From: an uncultured Alphaproteobacteria bacterium
GTDB taxonomy: Bacteria; Pseudomonadota; Alphaproteobacteria; Rhodobacterales; Rhodobacteraceae
Direction of reading: 5' to 3'
NCBI GenBank assembly: GCA_902541695.1
Contig: CACBRT010000003.1
Coordinates: forward strand, 2,437-66,436
Length of the DNA: 64,000 nt
Shown piece after piece: positions 35,543 to 45,844 of the stretch (position 1 is its first letter; each line of letters begins with the position of its first letter). Below the pieces are notes generated by a model, which did no database searches, was not told the origin of the DNA, and worked only from the letters and a program-made list of their open reading frames with translations. The position numbers were made by a program, and so were the translations under genes.

Positions 35543-37245
35543 AAATAAATAAATCAAAACTAAAATTTTTTGTAAAAAACTTTTTGAAGCTTCTTAATTA
35601 TCTACTTTTAGCATCATTAATTACAGTTAGCTTCTTTTCTCATTCAAATAGTAACTCTATATCAGGTTCAATACTTGCTTCAAGATTTGCTTCGTCTATA
35701 AATGACTTTGATAAATCTGCAGAATACACATTAGATATTCTAAAAAATGGCATTAGAGATTCTTCATATTATAATGATGCTCTTTTATATTTAGTAGCAT
35801 CTGGAAGTTTCGATTCTGCTTTCAAGTTATCGAAAGAAATGTTTGATCTAGGTTTAAGATCACCCGCTCTTAGTTTAGTGATGATAATTGAAAAGGTAAA
35901 AAAGAAAGAATTTGAAGATAGTCTTTTATTAATAAGTTTATTTCAAGACGATCTACCACCTGTGTTAATTTATTCATTAAAAGGTTGGATTAATTTATAT
36001 CAAGATAAATTAGATACTTCATTGATTGAATTTAACAATCTAGGTATTACCGATTTGAAGTTTGATTTGGGGTCTTATTATTCGGCAATAGCTTATACTA
36101 AAAAAGGTCATAATGAAAAAGCTTTAAAAATTCTTATGGATAAGAATACAAATTTTAAAGTTTTTGGTAAAATTTTTGAAATATTCAAATATGAAGTCAC
36201 AACATTAAGTGGTGATGTTGAAAAAGCTAAAAATGCTTTGAAAATTTCAATTGCTGAATACCCAAATGATATAACTTTAAAAGAATTACACAGAAACTCA
36301 AAAGAAAATTGGTATGAAAATTATCAAATTTTTAAAAATCAATTTAGTGGTATATCCGATACTTTATTACTTTTTGCAAGAGGTGAAAGCAGACAAATTA
36401 ATCAAAAACTAGTTGAATTATTTTATTGTCAATTGGCTTATTTTTTAAATGATAAAGATGCTCGATATAAACTTAGGTTAGCAATTGCACTAAATGATAC
36501 TGGATTATTTAAAGAAGCTGAAAAACTTTTAAACTCTATTCCAAGTTCAGATTTATTTTATATTGAGTCTAGATTACTTTTGGCGAATATGCTTTATGAA
36601 ACTGGAAAAACAAGAAAATCAATAGATTTATTGAAAAATCTTTCTGAAACCAAATATAATTCTCCTGAAATATTTGAATTAATGGGAAATATTTATAGAT
36701 ATAATGAAAATTTTAAATTGGCTGAAATTTCATATTCAAATGCTATAAGTTCAAATAAGGTTTCTGAATTTAATAACCAAAATCTATGGCTTTTATATTT
36801 TTTTAGGGGAATTACATTAGAGCAACAGAAGAATTATAAAAAATCTAAACAGGATTTAAGGAATTCTCTTTCATTGAGTCCTAATCAGCCTCAAGTATTA
36901 AATTATTTGGGTTATATGTTAATAGAGCAAAAAGAGAATTTGAACGAAGCATTAGAAATGATCAAAAAGGCTATCAATATTAGTCCTCAAAGTGGATATA
37001 TAATTGATTCATTAGCATGGGGATTGTATCAATTAGGTAGGTATTCTGAGGCAATAGAACCGATGGAAAGAGCTATTGAATTAGAGCCGGAAGATCCAAT
37101 AATCAATGATCATCTTGGTGATGTTTTGTGGAAAATTGGTAGAAAAAGGGAAGCTTATTTTCAATGGAAAAAGGCTTTGCTTTTTAATCCTACAAAAGAG
37201 TTGAAAATTGAAATCCAAAAGAAAATTAGTTTTGGATTAGAATAA
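35533..37245 (+). CDS. tetratricopeptide-repeat protein with N-terminal signal/anchor
   Basis: 570 aa, hydrophobic N-terminus, several TPR-like repeats in the C-terminal half. Lies upstream of ispE as in other Alphaproteobacteria. Confidence 0.7.
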   Translation: MYVKINKSKLKFFVKNFLKLLNYLLLASLITVSFFSHSNSNSISGSILASRFASSINDFDKSAEYTLDILKNGIRDSSYYNDALLYLVASGSFDSAFKLSKEMFDLGLRSPALSLVMIIEKVKKKEFEDSLLLISLFQDDLPPVLIYSLKGWINLYQDKLDTSLIEFNNLGITDLKFDLGSYYSAIAYTKKGHNEKALKILMDKNTNFKVFGKIFEIFKYEVTTLSGDVEKAKNALKISIAEYPNDITLKELHRNSKENWYENYQIFKNQFSGISDTLLLFARGESRQINQKLVELFYCQLAYFLNDKDARYKLRLAIALNDTGLFKEAEKLLNSIPSSDLFYIESRLLLANMLYETGKTRKSIDLLKNLSETKYNSPEIFELMGNIYRYNENFKLAEISYSNAISSNKVSEFNNQNLWLLYFFRGITLEQQKNYKKSKQDLRNSLSLSPNQPQVLNYLGYMLIEQKENLNEALEMIKKAINISPQSGYIIDSLAWGLYQLGRYSEAIEPMERAIELEPEDPIINDHLGDVLWKIGRKREAYFQWKKALLFNPTKELKIEIQKKISFGLE

Positions 37246-37261
37246 TTGAAAATTTAAACTG

Positions 37262-38107
37262 ATGAATATTACTAAATTTAATTCAGTATCTCGATTAAAA
37301 GTAAATCTTTATTTACATATAGTGGGTAAAAGAAATGATGGATATCATAATCTTGATAGCCTTGTAGCTTTTCCTGAATTTGGTGATGAAATTACGGTAT
37401 CTTCTTCTGAAAATTTAAATTTAAAAATTACCGGAAAATTAAAAAAAGAATTAGATATTAACAATAACTTAATTATGAAAGCAATAAAGTTATTAAAAAA
37501 TAATAAAAAGGGAGCAGATATACATCTAAAAAAAAATATTCCCATTTCAGCAGGATTGGGAGGCGGTTCTTCAAATGCCGCTGTCACATTAAAATTATTG
37601 TCTAAACTGTGGGAAGTACCTTTACCTTCAGTAAATGAACTTGTATTACTTGGATCAGATATTCCTGTATGCATGAACTGGAATTTACAAAGAATGCGTG
37701 GTATTGGAGATATTAATAGCGTTGTAAATTTTCCAGGCTGTTTGTGGATTGTATTATTAAATGATGGGTACAAAGTCCCAACTAAATTTATTTTTGAATC
37801 ATTAAGTAAGACTGAGAATTCTGATGAATTCAACATTCCTAAATTTAGTAATATAAAAGAATTATTAAATTTTTTAAAAACAACTAGAAATGATTTAGAA
37901 ATTACAGCAATAAAGTTTTTTCCTGCTATAAAGACTTTATTAGAAAGTTTTAATCAAACAAACAATTGCCTATTTTCAAGAATGTCAGGATCAGGTTCTA
38001 CTTGTTTTGGATTATATGAGAAAAAAAATGAGGCTGAATTAGCTAAAAAGCAGCTTCTTAAAACTTTCCCTAAAGCTTGGGTGAAAGTTGCAAAAATATT
38101 TTCATAA
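37262..38107 (+). CDS. ispE: 4-diphosphocytidyl-2-C-methyl-D-erythritol kinase
   Basis: 281 aa GHMP kinase, ISAGLGGGSSNAA motif. Confidence 0.9.
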   Translation: MNITKFNSVSRLKVNLYLHIVGKRNDGYHNLDSLVAFPEFGDEITVSSSENLNLKITGKLKKELDINNNLIMKAIKLLKNNKKGADIHLKKNIPISAGLGGGSSNAAVTLKLLSKLWEVPLPSVNELVLLGSDIPVCMNWNLQRMRGIGDINSVVNFPGCLWIVLLNDGYKVPTKFIFESLSKTENSDEFNIPKFSNIKELLNFLKTTRNDLEITAIKFFPAIKTLLESFNQTNNCLFSRMSGSGSTCFGLYEKKNEAELAKKQLLKTFPKAWVKVAKIFS

Positions 38108-39091
38108 TTTTCTTAAAATAATATTGTCACAAATTTCTTCTAATAGTTTCTTTAGTTTATTGTTAGGAATTGATAATAATGATTTTTTTGCCATTTCTGA
38201 CCATTTTATCGCCTCATTTTTTGTACTCTCTAATGAGGAGTATTTGTTTAAAATATTTAACAGAGTATCAAAATCATCTTTTGATTTCTTAGGTTTTTTG
38301 AACAGATTCTTAATATTTAGGCAGTCTAACTTTGTTGCTTTACTTAACGTAAAAATAATTGGAAAAGTTAACTTTGAATTATAAAAATCATTCCCTACAT
38401 CTTTTCCCATTAATTTTGTATTCCCTTTGTAATCCAGATAATCATCAATAAGCTGAAAGCTAATTCCAAAAGCTCTACCATATTCTTTAAAACATTTTAT
38501 GTGCTCAATATTATTAGTAGCTAACATAGCACCAGTTTCACAGGCAGCAGAAAATAAAATAGCAGTCTTTCCTTCAATAATTTTAAAATAAGTCTTCAAA
38601 TCAATATCAATATTTCTGATATTAGTTAATTGTAATACTTCACTTTCAGTAATTAAAGCAGCAGTATTAGACAATACTTCTAAAATATTTAAAGAGTTAG
38701 TGGAAACCATTAATTGAAAGGCTCTTGAAAATAAGAAGTCACCAACCAAGACGGAGGATTTATTGTCCCAGAGAATATTTGCTGTTTTTTTCCCTCTGCG
38801 TGTAGAGCTTTCATCAACCACGTCATCATGTAACAAGGTAGCAGTATGTATAAATTCAATGGTTGCTGCTAATGTTATGTGTTTATTTGATTTGTAGTTC
38901 AAAGTTTCAGCAGAGGCTATGCACATAAGAGGTCTTAACTTTTTTCCGCCTGAGGAAAATATGTGTTTTGTAATTTCAGGTATTCTGGGTGCATTCTCTG
39001 ATTTCATCATTTTTAAGCTCAATTGATCTACTAATTCGAGTCTACCATAAAGTAACTTTTGCAATTCATTTATTGGATCAATTGATGACAT
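38102..39091 (-). CDS. ispB: polyprenyl diphosphate synthase (octaprenyl-type)
   Basis: 329 aa, LLHDDVVDES..RRG and DDYLD aspartate-rich motifs. Confidence 0.88.
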   Translation of the reverse strand: MSSIDPINELQKLLYGRLELVDQLSLKMMKSENAPRIPEITKHIFSSGGKKLRPLMCIASAETLNYKSNKHITLAATIEFIHTATLLHDDVVDESSTRRGKKTANILWDNKSSVLVGDFLFSRAFQLMVSTNSLNILEVLSNTAALITESEVLQLTNIRNIDIDLKTYFKIIEGKTAILFSAACETGAMLATNNIEHIKCFKEYGRAFGISFQLIDDYLDYKGNTKLMGKDVGNDFYNSKLTFPIIFTLSKATKLDCLNIKNLFKKPKKSKDDFDTLLNILNKYSSLESTKNEAIKWSEMAKKSLLSIPNNKLKKLLEEICDNIILRKL

Positions 39092-39223
39092 AAGATTTTT
39101 GCTTTATTGATTTAAAATATAAGATTTAAATAAGCATAATAAAAATATTTACTATTAAAAATTCTTAATTAATAAATAAATACTTTATCTGAGTATCAAA
39201 TTTAAATAATAATTTTATTTTAT

Positions 39224-39982
39224 ATGGATAAGCAACATTCAGAAATAACAGATGATACTTTTTTAGGTGGAAAACTAAGTTTATTTCAACCAAAAAAAGG
39301 ATTTAGAGCTGGATTAGATTCTGTTTTGCTTGCAGCGTCAATTAATGCTCAATCAGGTGATAAAATTTTTGAAATTGGTGCAGGCGTAGGTGTGGTATTA
39401 TTTTGTTTAATGCAGAGGGTATCAAACTTAAATGCAAAAGCAATTGAAATTAATGAAGAATATTACTCTTTATTAGCAATCAATGCTAAAAGAAATAAAT
39501 TTAAACCTAATCTATTACTAGGAGATTTCTGGTCTAATCCAAATTTAAAAAATGAAAATTTTGACCATATTTTTTTTAATCCACCATACTACCCATTTAA
39601 TAGTTTCAAATCATCTAACAATAAACTACTAAATATTGCTATTTTTGAATATCCTAACTTACTTAAAAAAATGCTAACTTTCTCACTTAGACGATGTAAA
39701 TCATATGGTTATATAACTTTAATTCATAGGCCAGCAAAGATCTTAGAAATTTTGTCAACACTAAGTAGTGGAGCCGGCGATATAAAAATTTTACCGATTC
39801 TTGGTTCAAATTCCAAAAATATATCGAGAATAATTATTAGAGCACGAAAATCTGCAAAAGGAGAGACAAAGATATTGAGTCCCCTTAATTTATATCAAAA
39901 TTTTAATCAATCAGATAAAAAAAAACATTATACATCAGAACTAGAAGATATATTAAAAAATGGTAGGGCATTAAGTTTATAA
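39224..39982 (+). CDS. N6-adenine-type SAM methyltransferase (tRNA m6A37-like)
   Basis: 252 aa, EIGAGVGV motif I and FFNPPYY (NPPY) motif IV. Confidence 0.7.
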   Translation: MDKQHSEITDDTFLGGKLSLFQPKKGFRAGLDSVLLAASINAQSGDKIFEIGAGVGVVLFCLMQRVSNLNAKAIEINEEYYSLLAINAKRNKFKPNLLLGDFWSNPNLKNENFDHIFFNPPYYPFNSFKSSNNKLLNIAIFEYPNLLKKMLTFSLRRCKSYGYITLIHRPAKILEILSTLSSGAGDIKILPILGSNSKNISRIIIRARKSAKGETKILSPLNLYQNFNQSDKKKHYTSELEDILKNGRALSL

Positions 39983-40058
39983 AAATTATTTCCAACAGCA
40001 ATTTTTTAGTATAAGATAAAAAATTATATAATGGGGGATCACATTTTAGGAGGTTCCT

Positions 40059-40238
40059 ATGGCTTTAGAGAATTATGTTGATGAGCTTAAAAAAAAACAT
40101 GCTAAACTTTCACTCAAAGTTGATCATGAACAAAAAAAGCAGTTTCCTGACAATCTGCTTTTATCTTTATTAAAGAAGGAAAAATTAATCTTAAAAGAAA
40201 AAATTTATAGAAAACTAAATCACTTTAAGCGCTTTTAA
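40059..40238 (+). CDS. DUF465 (YdcH-like) small protein
   Basis: Below the ORF-track size cut-off. AGGAGG (40048-40053) 5 nt before ATG. MALENYVDELKKKHAKLSLKVDHEQKKQFPDNLLLSLLKKEKLILKEKIYRKLNHFKRF matches the L..H..Ld..i........d......LKk.KL.lKd.i pattern. Confidence 0.6.
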   Translation: MALENYVDELKKKHAKLSLKVDHEQKKQFPDNLLLSLLKKEKLILKEKIYRKLNHFKRF

Positions 40239-40946
40239 AAGGGTTGAAAAAACAATCCTATTATTAGTAACATAATTTAGCGATTTTATTCCTTTGATAC
40301 CTACGTCAATAGGTATAGTTTTTCCTAACCTTCTATTGATAATCATTTTAAGACAATCCCTTTTGAACTCAGGATGACTCTGAATTGTAATAACACTGGG
40401 ATTTTCAATGTCATCATAGCATAAAATTGAATAAGGACAAAAATTTGATCCGAAAATTGTAAATGCGTTTTTTGGTTTAACAACTATTTGATCCTGGTGA
40501 CTAGTATAGCCTGAAAAGAAATCACCAATATCGTTAGACCATTTGGGGTTTAATATTCTCCGGTATTCATGTACGCCAACTCCCCAGCCTTTTTCAGATT
40601 TTGTTACCTTACCACCTAACACTTCTGCAATTATCTGATGCCCAAAGCATATTCCAAGAATTGGTGATTTTTTTAAATAAATTTGATAAATTAATTTTTT
40701 AAGTTTACTTATCCATTCAATTTTTTCATATACTCCATAAGCTGAACCTGTAATCAACCACAAATCAGTATTATCTAAATTCTTAGGTAATTTTTCATTT
40801 GTCAAATCAAAAATTTTTAGAACATGTTTAATACCAATTTCTTTAAATAAATTAGAAAACATTCTCGGATAACTACCAAATTTTTCTTCAAGTTGTGTTG
40901 GTAATTTTCCTGTTTCTAAAATAGATATTCTTAGGCAGCCATTCAA
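40215..40946 (-). CDS. class I glutamine amidotransferase-like protein
   Basis: 243 aa, GICFGHQ nucleophile elbow and HPE motif. Confidence 0.8.
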   Translation of the reverse strand: MNGCLRISILETGKLPTQLEEKFGSYPRMFSNLFKEIGIKHVLKIFDLTNEKLPKNLDNTDLWLITGSAYGVYEKIEWISKLKKLIYQIYLKKSPILGICFGHQIIAEVLGGKVTKSEKGWGVGVHEYRRILNPKWSNDIGDFFSGYTSHQDQIVVKPKNAFTIFGSNFCPYSILCYDDIENPSVITIQSHPEFKRDCLKMIINRRLGKTIPIDVGIKGIKSLNYVTNNRIVFSTLLKALKVI

Positions 40947-40956
40947 TCAATTAATC

Positions 40957-41523
40957 CTAAATATTTTTTTCAATTAATCTAAGAAATAATTTTTCTACTT
41001 CTTTTTTTGACCAATCAATTGGTCCAATCAGTTGGCCTAAATTTTTACCACTTTTGGAAACAATAATTGAATAAGGTAATCCTATTACGCCTAATTTCAA
41101 AGCTAACTTTCCATTAGGATCCCTGTAGTTTATTAGGTTTGTCAGTTCATATTTATCAAAAAATTCAGAAATTTTTTTTGGGTTATTTCTTCCAGTTGCA
41201 ATTGTAATTACTCTAAGTTTTTTTTCATTAAATTCGGATTGTAATTCATTCAGTAAAGGCATTTCGTCAGTACATGGTTTGCACCATGTGGCCCAAAAAT
41301 TTATCAATAATAAATTATGTTCTAGTTTTAAAATATCAACTTGTTTTTCATTATTGTCTAACACTAACAAATCTTTAATGACTATTGGATTTTCATTAAA
41401 CATAATTTTTTTAGTTTCATCAGAAAATACAAAAGAGTTATTTGCAAAAAATAGTATGAACGAGTATAAAAAAAGGATAATTTTTAATACCATTTTAAAT
41501 CTTCTTAATAAAACTATAACCAA
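40957..41523 (-). CDS. TlpA-like periplasmic thiol:disulfide oxidoreductase
   Basis: 188 aa, signal anchor then NFWATWCKPC thioredoxin CxxC motif. The start may be the internal MVLKII. Confidence 0.8.
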   Translation of the reverse strand: MVIVLLRRFKMVLKIILFLYSFILFFANNSFVFSDETKKIMFNENPIVIKDLLVLDNNEKQVDILKLEHNLLLINFWATWCKPCTDEMPLLNELQSEFNEKKLRVITIATGRNNPKKISEFFDKYELTNLINYRDPNGKLALKLGVIGLPYSIIVSKSGKNLGQLIGPIDWSKKEVEKLFLRLIEKNI

Positions 41524-41538
41524 TATTTAGAGGTGATA

Positions 41539-42939
41539 ATGTCAGATAAATCATCACATGATATGAACTTAATGTGGGGTGGTCGATTTTCAAGCCAAAC
41601 AAGCAACATTATGGAAAAATTAAATTCCTCAATTGATACTGATCATAGAATGGTTTTTCAAGACATAAATGGTTCGATTGAACATGTAAAGATGTTGAGA
41701 CTTCAAAAAATAGTATCTTCTAAAGTTTGTGATAATATCCTAAGAGGTCTTAAAATCATAAAAAATGAAGTAAAAAAAGGAAAATTTGAATATAGTAAGA
41801 AGTTTGAAGATATTCACATGAATATAGAAAAAAAGTTGCATGACTTAATTGGAGATGATGCCGGTTACTTACACACTGCCAGATCTAGAAATGATCAAGT
41901 TGCAACTGATTTTAAAATGTGGATAAGGGATGCAATAGGTGATTTAGATTTAAAAATCAAAAAAAACATGAAAACTTTTTTAGCTATTGCTGATAAAAAC
42001 TTTAACTCAATAATGCCTGGTTTTACTCACCTACAATCTGCCCAACCAGTAACATTTGGTCATCATATGCTTGCTTACATTGAAATGTTTAGTAGGGATA
42101 GGGATAGGTTATATGATGTAAAAAAAAGATTAAACGAATGCCCTTTGGGTTCCGCTGCTTTGGCAGGTACTTCTTTTCCAATTGATCGTTTTTTAACTTC
42201 AAAAAATCTTGGTTTTGACAGGCCTACTGCAAATAGTATAGACTCTGTTTCAGACAGAGATTTTGCTCTTGAGTTTTTATCCACTGCTAGTATCTGTGCA
42301 ACACACTTAAGTCGACTTGCTGAAGAACTTGTTATTTGGGTAAGTGATGGATTTAAATTTATTAAAATATCTGATAGGTTTTCTACTGGTTCATCAATAA
42401 TGCCACAAAAAAGAAATCCTGATGCTGCAGAATTAATCAGGGCAAAGGTAGCAAATATAACAGGCACACTATTTTCTTTGTTCACGATTTTGAAGGGATT
42501 ACCCTTAGCCTATTCTAAAGACCTTCAGGAAGATAAAAAGCTTGTTTTTAGTGCTTATGATAATTTATCTCTTATGCTTGAAGTCATGAATGGTATGATG
42601 AAAGAAATCACAATAAATAAACAGTTCTTAAAAAAAGCTGCAAAATCTCGCTTCATAACGGCAACTGATTTAGCTGATTATTTAGTAACTAATTTTAATT
42701 ATAGTTTTAGAAAATCGCATAATATTGTTGGCAAGTTAGTTCTTAAAGCGGAAAGCTTAGGTTGTGATTTAATTAATCTTGAATTGGCTGAATTTCAAAA
42801 AATAAATCCAGATTTTGATAAAAATGTATATAAAATTCTTTCTGTTGAAAATTCTGTAAATATAAGATCTTCTTATGGAGGGACATCTCCATCTGAAGTA
42901 AAAAAGAGAATTAGAGAATGGCAAAAAAAATTAAAATAA
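41539..42939 (+). CDS. argH: argininosuccinate lyase
   Basis: Track ORF opens at GTG 41533; ATG 41539 is likelier. GSSIMPQKRNPD signature. Confidence 0.96.
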   Translation: MSDKSSHDMNLMWGGRFSSQTSNIMEKLNSSIDTDHRMVFQDINGSIEHVKMLRLQKIVSSKVCDNILRGLKIIKNEVKKGKFEYSKKFEDIHMNIEKKLHDLIGDDAGYLHTARSRNDQVATDFKMWIRDAIGDLDLKIKKNMKTFLAIADKNFNSIMPGFTHLQSAQPVTFGHHMLAYIEMFSRDRDRLYDVKKRLNECPLGSAALAGTSFPIDRFLTSKNLGFDRPTANSIDSVSDRDFALEFLSTASICATHLSRLAEELVIWVSDGFKFIKISDRFSTGSSIMPQKRNPDAAELIRAKVANITGTLFSLFTILKGLPLAYSKDLQEDKKLVFSAYDNLSLMLEVMNGMMKEITINKQFLKKAAKSRFITATDLADYLVTNFNYSFRKSHNIVGKLVLKAESLGCDLINLELAEFQKINPDFDKNVYKILSVENSVNIRSSYGGTSPSEVKKRIREWQKKLK

Positions 42940-43046
42940 TTAATAAATTTATTAGTTTAATTTTAATAGGCTTTTTAATAAGCTGTGGTGTGAAAGGTGA
43001 TCCACAAATCCCTAAATCTCATAGTATAAATAGACTTGATCATTAA
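42918..43046 (+). CDS. LptM/YifL-like micro-lipoprotein (42 aa)
   Basis: Not in ORF track. MAKKIKIINKFISLILIGFLISCGVKGDPQIPKSHSINRLDH: basic N-terminus, hydrophobic core, lipobox LISC followed by G.KG.P as in LptM/LppL. Overlaps the argH 3' end by 22 nt and precedes lysA. Confidence 0.5.
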   Translation: MAKKIKIINKFISLILIGFLISCGVKGDPQIPKSHSINRLDH

Positions 43047-43070
43047 TTATTAAATAAAAAAGATAAAAAT

Positions 43071-44366
43071 ATGTCAAAAATTAACATAAAAAAAATTAAT
43101 GACTTCTTCACTTATAGAAATGATTTTTTACATATAGAAGATGTCTCCATAATGGATATTTCAAAAACTATTAAAACTCCTTTTTATGTATATTCAACTT
43201 CATCTTTAAAAAAACGTTATATTGATCTCTCTTATAGCTTAAAAAAAATAAGGCACTCATTATATTTTTCAGTAAAGTCAAATTCAAATCTTGCTGTGTT
43301 AAGGGTTTTATCACTATTAGGTTCTGGAATGGATGTAGTTTCTGCAGGAGAATATCTACGGGCAAAAAAGGTTGGTGTTTGTGGAGATAAAATTGTCTTT
43401 TCGGGTGTAGGAAAAACTTATGATGAGATAAAAATTGCTTTAGCAAACGGTATAAGACAGTTTAATGTTGAAAGTATACCCGAAATTACGTTGATCAATA
43501 AAATCGCTGTTGAATTAGGAACAATAGCTCCAATATCAATAAGAGTAAATCCTGATGTTGATGCCCAGACGCATGAAAAAATCATGACTGGTAAATCTGA
43601 AAATAAATTTGGTATACCCATAAATTCTACATTAGGAATTTATGAAAAGGCTTCTAAATTAAGTAATATTAAGGTCGTTGGTATAGATGTTCATATTGGA
43701 AGTCAAATAACAGATCTTACACCTTTTGAAACTGCTTTTATTAAAATTGCAAAACTTGTTGGTCAAATTAGAGAAAAAGGTCATTCAATAGATAGAGTTG
43801 ATATAGGGGGAGGGCTTGGTATAAGTTATTCTTCTAGTAAAAGAGATCCAATTTCTACTGACAATTTTGCAATAATGCTGACTAAAATTTTTAAAGATAT
43901 GAATGTTGAAATTCAAATTGAGCCTGGTAGATTTATATCAGGAAATTCGGGTCTTTTAATTACTTCTGTTGTTTATCTAAAAGAGGGTCAAAATAAAAAT
44001 TTTCTTATAATTGATGCAGGAATGAATGACCTCGTGAGACCAGCTATGTACGATGCTGAACATGAGTTCTTAACAATAAAAGACAATTTGAATGATAATA
44101 ATAAAATATTAGTAGATATTGTTGGACCAATATGTGAAAGTTCAGATGTTTTTTTAAAAAATAAAAAGTTACCAAAGCTGGCTAGTGGAGATTATTTGGC
44201 AATCTATTCTGCTGGAGCCTATGGGGCAGTTATGTCTTCAGAATATAATTCTCGTCCATTAATTCCCGAATTGTTGGTACATGAAAACTTAGTTTCAGTT
44301 GTAAGAAGTAGACCAAAAATAGAAGATGTAATCAAAAGAGATCAAATTCCTTATTGGTTAAGATAA
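43071..44366 (+). CDS. lysA: diaminopimelate decarboxylase
   Basis: 431 aa fold-type III PLP decarboxylase, YFSVKSN (PLP Lys), DIGGGLGI, CESSD motifs. Confidence 0.95.
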   Translation: MSKINIKKINDFFTYRNDFLHIEDVSIMDISKTIKTPFYVYSTSSLKKRYIDLSYSLKKIRHSLYFSVKSNSNLAVLRVLSLLGSGMDVVSAGEYLRAKKVGVCGDKIVFSGVGKTYDEIKIALANGIRQFNVESIPEITLINKIAVELGTIAPISIRVNPDVDAQTHEKIMTGKSENKFGIPINSTLGIYEKASKLSNIKVVGIDVHIGSQITDLTPFETAFIKIAKLVGQIREKGHSIDRVDIGGGLGISYSSSKRDPISTDNFAIMLTKIFKDMNVEIQIEPGRFISGNSGLLITSVVYLKEGQNKNFLIIDAGMNDLVRPAMYDAEHEFLTIKDNLNDNNKILVDIVGPICESSDVFLKNKKLPKLASGDYLAIYSAGAYGAVMSSEYNSRPLIPELLVHENLVSVVRSRPKIEDVIKRDQIPYWLR

Positions 44367-44981
44367 CTTTATAAAGTTTATTAATTTTTTTAAAATCAAA
44401 GAAAGGTTTATTATAAGATTATCAGTATAGTCAACTAATATCGAAATTTTTTCAAAAAACTTCGGATTAATTGCTTTTATAAAATCTTGATTTTTGTAAA
44501 TAACTACTAGGCCTAAAACTAAAAACCCAACAAAAAAGAAACCAATGTAGGTTTTATTTATACCAGCTTTATTTTTTTTAAATCCTTTTTTTTCATTTGA
44601 ATTTAATTTATCCCTAATCTTTCCAACTCTATTCATGGAATTTGATACATTTTGATGTTTATGTTCTAGGAGCTTATTTTGTTCAATTTCAGAGAGTGCT
44701 AAAGAAGACAAAAACTCCTTTTCTAAGTCCTTACTTAATAAAGTTGGTTTTGTTGATTTATCGTTATTTTGGTTATTATTAAATGAATTTCTAATAAAAT
44801 TTTGTCGCTTTTGTAATTCATTTGAGAAGTCTTTTTCTATTTTTAATTCGTTAATCTTTCCATTTGAATATTGAATCCAAAATGATTTACAGCTAAAACA
44901 CTTAACTTTTCTTCCATTTTCAGATATCAAGTCTTCTTTGATTTGATAATTTAAATTACATTTTGGACATATGATAATCAT
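44358..44981 (-). CDS. zinc-ribbon (MJ0042-type CxxC) membrane protein
   Basis: 207 aa, N-terminal CPKC...18...CFSC zinc ribbon, one TM helix near residue 145. Confidence 0.6.
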   Translation of the reverse strand: MIIICPKCNLNYQIKEDLISENGRKVKCFSCKSFWIQYSNGKINELKIEKDFSNELQKRQNFIRNSFNNNQNNDKSTKPTLLSKDLEKEFLSSLALSEIEQNKLLEHKHQNVSNSMNRVGKIRDKLNSNEKKGFKKNKAGINKTYIGFFFVGFLVLGLVVIYKNQDFIKAINPKFFEKISILVDYTDNLIINLSLILKKLINFIKLS

Positions 44982-45106
44982 AGTAGTTTTTATTATAATT
45001 AAAAATATTAGTTTTTTTATTTTTTTATAGCGATTTAACTTTATTTGTTGCTTTGATGATTTAGTATTAAATTGATCACATTATTTTTAAAATTTGGATA
45101 CACTTA

Positions 45107-45838
45107 ATGAAAGTAATTATATCTACAATGAGAGGATTAATAAATGATATATTGATTTTTTTTTCGATGTTTATTTTAGGTATTATCGGTCTACCTTTTT
45201 CGATACTTTCAGAGAGATGGGCTTATAGATTTATAAAAATATATTGTTTAACTTGCTTTTTTATTTTGAGGGTAATTTCTAATATTAAAGTAGAATGTAG
45301 AGGTGTAATACCTAAAAACGATGTTCTAATTTGTTCAAAACATATGTCGTTTTTAGATATTTTAATGTTAGCTTATTTTTTGCCTAAATTTAGCTTTGTT
45401 ATGAAAAAAGAAATTGTTTTTACTCCAATTATTGGAATTTATGCATTGAGAGTAGGTTGTGTACCCGTAAAAAGAGGTAAAAGATCAAAGGCTTTAAATA
45501 AGATGGTTTCAGATTATGATTATTTGTCAGATAAAAAAGAAAATAAACAAATAGTAATTTATCCCCAAGGAACTAGAGTATTACCATACCAGAAAAAAGA
45601 ATATAAGGTGGGTGCTGGAGTTTTATATGGAAAATTTAATTTGTCCTGCCATTTAGTAGGAACAAATACAGGTATTTTCTGGCCTAAGGGCAGTTGGATT
45701 AGAAAACCTGGTACAGCAGTTATACATTTTTTTGAAATTATTGAACCAGGTATGTCACTAAATACATTTATGGACAAAATTGAAAATGATATTGAAAACT
45801 GTTCAAATAATTTGATGAAAGAAAACGTTGACTCATAA
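45107..45838 (+). CDS. plsC: 1-acyl-sn-glycerol-3-phosphate acyltransferase
   Basis: 243 aa, HxxxxD motif (KHMSFLD) and YPQGTR motif. Confidence 0.8.
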   Translation: MKVIISTMRGLINDILIFFSMFILGIIGLPFSILSERWAYRFIKIYCLTCFFILRVISNIKVECRGVIPKNDVLICSKHMSFLDILMLAYFLPKFSFVMKKEIVFTPIIGIYALRVGCVPVKRGKRSKALNKMVSDYDYLSDKKENKQIVIYPQGTRVLPYQKKEYKVGAGVLYGKFNLSCHLVGTNTGIFWPKGSWIRKPGTAVIHFFEIIEPGMSLNTFMDKIENDIENCSNNLMKENVDS

Positions 45839-45844
45839 AAATAT

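Noticed and set aside
37345-37836. 163-aa track ORF antisense to ispE. The same class includes 42075-42485 (in argH), 63530-63910 (in the methyltransferase), 15201-15554 (in aspS), 30918-31265 (in pheT), 60379-60699 (in the cysK-like gene), 56841-57170 (in lepB) and the other short antisense or overlapping track ORFs.
   Set aside because: Each lies entirely inside a confidently identified gene on the opposite strand, has low-complexity Ser/Phe/Ile/Leu-rich composition and no RBS. These are the usual shadow ORFs.
38088-38384. 98-aa plus-strand ORF starting within the end of ispE.
   Set aside because: Antisense to the well-supported ispB 3' region. Phe/Leu/Ser/Asn-rich with no recognisable features.
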